Assembly: GCA_028280285.1 (NCBI GenBank)
Contig: JANQMA010000017.1
Span: 64,993-128,992, forward strand
DNA length: 64,000 nucleotides
DNA from: Candidatus Omnitrophota bacterium
Lineage (GTDB): Bacteria; Omnitrophota; Gorgyraeia; Zapsychrales; Zapsychraceae
Direction of reading: 5' to 3'
Made by a program: the position numbers and the translations under genes
Notes under the pieces: model-generated
Told to the model about the DNA's origin: nothing
Seen by the model: the letters and a program-made list of their open reading frames with translations, nothing else
Database searches by the model: none
Shown here: in pieces, positions 10,301-19,300 of the stretch
Position numbering within the stretch: the first letter of the stretch is position 1
Layout: each line of letters starts with the position of its first letter

Positions 10301-13300
10301 GCTGGCAGCACCATTTTATCAACAAACTGATCATTATTGGGTACGAAACTTTACTCAATTTATTTATGAAAGTGTGGGATTAGAAGAACGTCAATCTGAT
10401 ATTCGATTTAATGCAAAGGAAATTTTTGAAAGGGTGAAATCAGATAGGCTTCTTGATAAAAATATGATAAGTGCTATTTTGAACGATTTGGCTGAGTTTA
10501 AATATATTAAAAATCCCAACTACGCTGATTCTAAAAAGACATTTGCTGATATTGAGTTTAATCCGGGAGAATCAAGACAAATTTTCCTTGTTAACCCGTA
10601 TTCGCTTAATATTTATGAAACTATCACTATTTCACATGATAAGAACTCAGGTAGTTTTGCAATTGCTCCACACGCTAATTATTTTTCTGATGCGGAAAAT
10701 GGGCAAGATGTCGAAAGGGCTATTCTTAAAAAACGGGGTAAAATATCTCATGAATATCGTTTATTGAGATCCCAAGAATTGGGTTATTCAATCCGTATTA
10801 GTTTAAATAAAAAAAATGACAACGCGTTGACGTTTGGAGGTGTCCACCCTAAAAATGGATTATTGATTTTTTCATCTGTGTTTGATGAAGCAAGTTTGGG
10901 GCAGGAGGATGAACCTGCCGACCCGGCGGTCTTGAAACAAAAAGATATTATGCAATTAGCGCATTTCGATCCTGATTTAGTTGCAAGGATTAAAACCAAT
11001 CTTTTTCAGGTATCAGAGGTGCCGGTGATTCGTGATAATCCCGCATTTTCCGTTCCTTTTTCTAAGGAGGATGGGTTTTTTGAGGGGATTAATGATTTAA
11101 AGGCATTGATGTACGCTGTCCAGAAGATGAAGGATTCTCTTGAGAACATAAGCCCGAAGTTAAATGCCGAAGGTGTGGGGCAATTATCCCCAACGATAGC
11201 ATCCATACAAAACGATTTCGATTTTCTTGTTGATGTGCAAAACAGATTGCGCTTGCATGAAGGGGTTACAGATACCATGTTTGTTTATAAAGAAGGGTTG
11301 CAACGGTTAATGGAGATTGTGAAATTTGACAATAGAGGCGATTTGTACGTTGTATACGCGGGTTTAGTCATGACGTATTTGCAGTATAAATATTCTAATA
11401 AAATAATTTACAATGATTTCGATCCAACAGATTCGTTCAAACTTAAAAGATTTTTTGATGTATATTCTATGGCTGACCGGTTTGATTTTCCTGCAACAGT
11501 GGTGCAAACCATTAACGGTATCGGCTCCATTGCAGATAAAATAAAAGTGGTACGCGCACTCAACGCGTGGGCCACCATGCGAACCCTGGCAAAAGGCGAA
11601 CAGACGCCGGTGTATTTTGAAACAGAAACCGGTGAACAAATTAAAACCGTTTATCTCAAACCGATTTCTTTTGATGCTTCAGAGCGCGACAAGCTTTTAA
11701 TGATGGAAGTTAAACGTGATCAATCGAACGTTTATTCTGTTCGCCAAAAGGGAAAAGAAAACTGGCAAGTCATCGAGCAGGATGCCCCGCGGACGTTTGG
11801 CTTAATGGGCGTGCATGTGACTTTTATGATTCAAAAGAAAGTGCTGCATATCGAAAATAATAGCCGGCATATTTTTATAGCTAGTATTTCAGAATCTATT
11901 AATGGAAAGACCTATGATGATGCGATGTTGTCTGAATATGCGGCACGAAAAATAATTTTTAGTGCAAAAGATTTTCTTATTATGAATGAGATTCTTAACC
12001 AGGATTATCCTGATTTGGCCAAACGTCACCGGTCTATGCTGTTTGCGCTTGTGCACGGCACGCCGTTAACTGATATTTGGCTATCTCGTCCGAAAAGATT
12101 TGTTGAACCTAACGCTAATTTCATTGTCGAAGAAGCAAGAGTGCGTGCTGCAGAAAACAGACCGTTTAATATTAGTCCTATAGGCGCAAAAATATATCTT
12201 GGTGTTGATGATAATGAGAAGAAAAAGATCAATCGCAGTTTGGTAGCGGATGTTTTAAATACGTGGGGAACGCTTATTCGCATTCATACTCAAGCAGCGT
12301 ACAGCATTCCTGTGTTTATGGAAGAAGGCGAAACACGCCAACTGTATGTTGTTAACAACGAGACCAAAGAATTTATTAAATTACAGATCAATCAGATGCC
12401 TGGTTATTTTGAAGTTATAGATATAAGCAATGGTAAAGAAGGATATGGTTATTGGGTGTTTCCTGATCATGATACCGAGAACGGAGACAATAAGATTTAT
12501 TTTGCCAATGGAAAAGACTATATCATATTGGATGAGGATCAATTTGATCAGTTATCGGTGATTAATGAAACCAATGCTGATTTGACAGCCTTTGCGGTCG
12601 ATCAAGCAAGTTTGGGCAAGGTAGTTAGAGCTGAAGAGGGTCGTTATGTGATTCAGAAAAATGGGGTTAATGTTTATTCAGATGTTACTGAAAGAGACAT
12701 GATTGACGTTTTTTTTAACAATACACCCGATTTGGAGCGACCAGTAGCTGAGGTGGCATTATATCGAAATAGTCGGGAGGATTATTATATTTCTTGGTGG
12801 GGCGGTTGGGCTATTAATGAAACATCTGTGAATGATCAGTCACAATGGTTTGATTGGAATACAGATAAATCACTTGCTGTTCGAAAAAATAAAATTTTAT
12901 ACAAATATGAATTGGAATCTAAAATAAATAAACTTATTGAACAGCGTTCAGATAGCCGAGAACCTCTCTATATTTTAGATTGGGGGTTTGGGGATGGAAC
13001 TGCTATTGATGAATTAGCACAAAAATTTGAACATATCGAAAACTTGTATTTTATTGGCTATGGAATGACACATGATAGTAAATGGAGTACTTTTGGAGAA
13101 ACTTTTAAACGTAAAAATATAATTATTTTTGATCATATTTGGAAATTAGAAAAACATTTAAAGAAAATTTTGAAAGGTAATAAGCTGGCTCTTGTTTATA
13201 GTCATTTTGGTTTAGCTCACTTATTAAGGGATTATCCAGATGATGCCAGGGAACAAATAAAAACTTTAATGAAGTATATGAAAAATGGAGCATCGCTTAT

Positions 13301-16300
13301 AACCAATTACTATTGGAATGATAGCCTTCCTAGTAAATTTGCAAAAGGATTTAGAAAGAAAACTATTAGCCCAAATACATTCAGTGCGTGGGCGATTGTG
13401 GAGATATTTAATGAAGACGCAGCAAGTTTAGGGCAGGAGGATGAATCTACCGACGCGGCGGGATTAGATATGCTGGCTTATATTATGTCACGGCGTGTGT
13501 TTGATCCGGATATTGCTAAAGAACTTGAAATATTGCATGCCCAATGGGCTAATATCGTTGATCAATTTATAAATACAAGTAAATATAATAAAAAATCTCA
13601 AAGACTGGTAGGGCCGACTGGTTGGACAATGTTCAAACGTTATGGTTTTAATAAAAATAAGGAACTGTATTTGGAATATTTTCAACGTCTGGGGGATGAG
13701 GGAGTCATTGATAGTTTTTCAATAAAGGTTACTGATGGGAGGTTAAAATACTTTGCTCCTGGATTGCATCACCATTCAGCTAGTTTTTTTGGTCAAGAAT
13801 ATGCAACAGATAGTGCGCCTCCGCGTTCTGGAAGTTTTGTTGTGCGCGTTTATGAACCTTTTTCGAAGGAACTAGAGGAAGAGATTAGAAAAATTTTTGG
13901 TGAATTTTTGGCGCAATATGGCAGGACTACTGGATTTGAAAATTTTGTTAAAGATTTTGATGAAGGGGTGATGCCAACAGTTGGTTCACAAATCAAGAAA
14001 AATCCCGGTGAGGCAGAAAATATTAAAAAGGCCTACAATGATGTACGAGATATACTTGTTCGAAAAAACAAAGACTACTGGCAAAAACTTCCGCGTCTTA
14101 TGGCAAGATTACAGCAAATACTTATAAGCGGTATTTATGTAAAAGAAGTAATTCATAAAGATGAAAAAAGGTTTAAGGATGCCCCGCCCGCCCGGATTTA
14201 TGCGTATGGAGATATGGGGTTTGAAGATCCGGTTGCATTTATTCAACATTTAAATAAAACAACACCACTGGTAGCGAAACTACTCTTAGGGGAAACATAT
14301 CTTGATCCAACATCGGGTATTGATATTAATGATCCTAGGATAGCAGAGGTTGTTGAAGAGCAGCCGTACTCTGAACAAGGCAAGCCTATCGATGAGGCGA
14401 ATTTGGGCAAGACGGGCGAATCTACCGATGCAGAACCAGAAAGCTTTGATGAAGAGATAAAGGAAGATAAAGATCAGGCGGCGATAACGGCAGTGGATGT
14501 TCATGGGACGCGTGTGCCAGGCGGTGGTATTATTTGGACAAGGATGCCGGCTCAATATTTTAAAGTTCTTCGGTTGCGTAGAGGAGGGAAAGCATACCTG
14601 CGCGAGTCTTCTATTAAGGGTTTAGTTTTGGAGAACGCTTTAGAACGTTATCGGCACAGTGATACTCCCTTACAAAAGGTTAATAATCATTTAGGAATAG
14701 ATTTGGTTGATGAAATTGTGCAATTAGATCAGTTACGTCAACGTGAGAATGAGCCAAACCGTGTGATTACTGTTTTAGATTGGGGTGGCGGCAGTATGCA
14801 GGCCATTAAAGATATTTTAAACGAATTAAAGGCTCAAAATATTAAAAATGTTCGCTTGATTGGTTCTGGGCATAGTACGTACCTGGAGTGGAAGGATATT
14901 CCGGAGGGGATTGAGGTTATTTGGGATGTGGCACAGAAGCTTCATTTATATATTGCTGAGGGCAGTATTGATATTATTTACAGTCATTATGGGATGTATC
15001 ATTTAGATGAACAATTACCGCAGTATTTGATGTATTTAGAGAAACTTCTTAGTCCTCGAGCAAAAATTTTGATATATCCTTTGGATGGAGATTTATCTGA
15101 GCAGTTACCAGGGTGGAAGTTAGAGATAAAAAGAAAGCATAAGAATATTTCTCGGTTGGATGTTAAGACACATAAGAAAAAATTTTGGTCTGGATTGATT
15201 TCTCGTATGATTTGGCCTGCTTCACAAAGAGTATCAGTCCGTAATTTCGCACCATTTAATTATAGTTATGAATTTACTCCGCCTTCTCGAATATCAATTA
15301 AATCGAAAGGCTCTGATCCGCTTGAGGGCCTTATGATTTCATCTTGGAGTGATACCCCAAAGGAGCGCATCATTTTGCCTAAAAGAAGTATGTCAAGTTT
15401 GCGAAGACGGGTGGGTGGACGTGATTTTGCGAGCCTGGAGCGGAAGGATGAGGCTCAAATCGACGCGGCGGGGTTGGATTTTAATGGAAAATTCTCGATG
15501 GCCAGTTATGGAAATAATGAAACTGATGTGATGAGATTAAATAGAATTACGAAAGGTAAAAGGTTGATTGAGAGAGTGCAACCGCAGCACTTTCGTTTGA
15601 ATAGTGCCGGTGTTAATATTTATTCGAGTTTACAAGATGAGGAAATAATAGACATCCTTTCGATATTAGATAGTGAAAAGATTGCTCGGATAAGACTTAA
15701 TAATCGAAATACTACGACAGACTACCACATTAGCTGGGAAAAACCATGGCGTATGAATCGTACACCACTTGATGCGGTTGATATGTTTGCGGGTCTTAAA
15801 TTTTATGAATTGGAGTCGAGAGTAGAAACTATTATTAATAATCGCCAGGATGACGCTGAACCGATTTATATTTTTGACTGGGGTTTTGGAGCAGGGACCG
15901 CGTTAAAAGAGTTGTCTGAGAAATTTGATAATATTCCTAACATATTTTTTATCGGATTTGGTGACGCTTATTATGAAGATTGGCATACACTGCCGAGTAA
16001 TGTCATTATTATTTACGATCAGGCTTGGAGGCTAGAGGAGCATTTATCAAAAATTCTTAAGGGGCATAAAATTGATCTGGCTTTTAGTCATTGGGCGTTA
16101 TCTTCACACTTTTTAGGTGATTATTTTGGCCCAAAAAGAGTATATTTTTTAAGACTTATGGATTTTCTAAAACCTGGTGCTTCCTTTGTTATTGATGCTC
16201 TGAATGATTCCGGTGCAGAGTTGGGCATTAGACGGGATTTTAATGTTCAAAAAATACCAGTGAGCAACTATTATTTCGGCGATATATTTGAAGTAAAAAA

Positions 16301-19300
16301 TGAAGATTCTAGGAGTTTGGGTAAGGAGGTTGCGGATCAAACCGATGCGGCGGGATTGGGTGAAAGTGTTCAGAATTCAGTGTTCGGTGGTCAGCCGGAA
16401 GAAACTGATGCGGCGAATTTCAATGAGTATTTATTTTTATCACCTGAATTAACGTTGGACTATTTTGTTGCCTTACTATCAAACCTTGGAGATAAGACTG
16501 TTTTATCACTTACAGTATATCTTTTAGCTCCGTATATTGGTGCAGCACAATTGACAGATGAGTTTAAGTTAACAAATCCCTTAGCTAATACTTTATACGA
16601 CGTTGTAGTAGCTCAATTAAAAGAAATGTTCGGTAAGGACGAATTATACCCTATGGATATGAGAGGCTATTTGGATCAATTGCCATTGTTAAGCAACGAT
16701 ATTGGCAAGCATGTTTTGGAATCTCTAGGTAGTGTTAGAGCGATGGTCCATGAGTCTGAGCTTAAACATCAACCACCAATATCAATCGGTGTTGGCCAGA
16801 GCAAAAAGCTTATTTTGGCGGAGCGTTATTATACTGATCAGACTGATATGACGACTATGCATTTGTTGGATGTAACACGACTTTCCTCGAATCAATTTAA
16901 ATTGAAGGCAGAGGGGATAGATAGGCAAATTGATTTGAAGCAAGAGAGTTTAATGGGTTTAGAAATGAATTATTTGGATGAGCAAGGGCAGCCTTTTACA
17001 ATGTCAGTTAAGATGCTGTTTTCGAATAATGGTTTTCAAATTTATTATACCAATGATAACTTGGATTTTAATACTATGATCTTTGCGCTTGATTATGAAT
17101 TGATTAATTTTGTTAATGAAGTTGGTGAGCCAAAGCCTTTTCAAGATAATGCGAGTTTGGATAAGGAGAATGAGTTCCAAACCGACGCGGCGGGGTTGGG
17201 GTCTAGTGATCAGTGGTCCCGCGGTCAGTCGGAGAAATTTGATGCAGCGCGTTTAGATAAACAGCAGCTTAAAAAAATATCAAATAAAGCTCTTGGGAAT
17301 ATGTTTTGGAATGATTTTTATCGGGCATTGCTACTTTTGTTTGATAAATCGATAACATTTTATTCGCAGACAGATAAAGGGATTAAACCTTATGTATGGC
17401 ATAAACTAGTTGAACATGATCCAAGTGTTAATTTATCACTATTTGCCAAGATAGCAGTTCCAGGTTTGGATAACGTACGAGTTATAGACTCGAAATATGA
17501 TTATGTTATGAGTATATTAGACAGTTTTAATCCTTCTGCTGAATCTTTTACAAAATCAATGGAGAGCATCAAAGAGATGCTAGAAGATGATAATCAGCAG
17601 TTGGGGCTGGCTGAAAGTAAGCCGATTGCGCATAGGCATTTAATTCGTAGAGCGCTTTATTATTTTACACGTGAACATGATGAAGCCCGAGAGAATGAAA
17701 AGAAGTTGGTAGAGGTATTTGATTATGGAGCCAAAATTATCAATGAAATCAAACGGCGTAATAATATTGCCCAAAAAACATTAAAATCTCATGGAGTAAT
17801 TGTTGATGCCTCTGGTGCGGCAAAGCTGAATAATGGTGATCGATGGGCAGCCCGCCCTGCTGCTTTGCAGAAAAAACCGGAAACTCGCGTGGTCAGTGAT
17901 CAAAAGAAAGGCGGTGACGCGCTGGATTTGAGTAGAGAGAAATCTTTACAAATGTATCCACGAAAAACCTTATCCAATTTTGATTCGATTATTCATGTGT
18001 TATTTGAAGGATACACCCAAAAATTTCAATCTGGGCAAAATCCAATATTATGGAAAACACATGCAAGAAATTTATTGGAAAACGTAAGTTATTATGTGAA
18101 TGAGCATTTTATTTATCCTGAAGTCGCGATGGATACGTTTGTTAATAAAAATAAAGAATTTATCGAAAAGCTAATTGATGAAGGGAATGAACGCTATCTA
18201 TATTCTGCATTTTTAATTTATAAAGGTTTAGCCACAATGGCGGCTAAAGATTTACGTAACATTGCAGATAGTGATAGGTTGTTTGCTCAGCCACGAAAGA
18301 ATCAGCCGGTTCGAAGCTTTAGAAATCAAGCGCATAAGTTGGCTCCTTTGCGCAGGGAATTAGAGCGATTACAAGGAAGATATGTGGAGTTGCGAGAATG
18401 GGCTGAGTTCAATTTATTTTTCAATGATAAATTTCAGAAAGAATCTCAAATTGTTTATGCTTTTGAACATCATACGCAGAATTTAATTAATGTCGTTGGT
18501 GAGGTTGGTTATGATGGAGCGCTGACCTATGGAGAGGTTGATCAGTATGCTATTCAATTGCAAGGCGATGCTTATATTTTAGAAGGTGTTGTGCGTGTAT
18601 TACATGATATTAAGCTTAAGGTAGAAAGAGACTCTGCGAGTTTGGGTGAGGAGGTTGAGTTCCAAGCCGACGCGGCGGGGCTGGATTTAAAAAATTTAGA
18701 AGAAATTTCTGTTGATGAGATGAAAAAACTATTTAACGCTCTATTTTCAGAAGTTTTTTATGCTTTGTTTGAGGGTACTCTCTGGTCTCATGAATACGAA
18801 AATTATAATGAGATTGTTGAGTATGATTGGGAGAGACACAATGATTTGCATAATGTAAAGAATATTAAAGTTAATATCAATAGTGCTATGACTCTATTTG
18901 CTTTGAGGCCCAACTCGAATAAAGAAATAGACATGGCTCTCAGATCAATTGATAGATTTAAAAATGAACTACGTTTGATTGATTACACGAACCGAGAAAG
19001 TGAGTTAGATAGTTTGTTGGATCAAATGGAGGGATACAAAGATTTTGGTTTAAGTGAAGATGAACCAATTGAGTATGCATTGCTTAAACCACGATTTTTT
19101 TATCAAGCATTGCGTGCAGATCCTAATGCAGATGAGAATAGAATTAAAATGTTTACCAAAGTGAACAATTTAAAGTCTGTTATTAATGAATTTAAACGTA
19201 GACTAGAAATTGAAAAGAAAAATTTAGTTGTTACAGGGTCTGAATCTACCGATGCAGCGGGGTTGAAAAGTATTGATAAGCAAGAGTTGCGTAATATGAC

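Noticed and set aside
10901-10912. AGGAGGATGAA inside linker repeats as internal translation starts
   Set aside because: The ATG is out of frame with zero spacing from the SD; no downstream ORF. Retained only as a possible pausing element.
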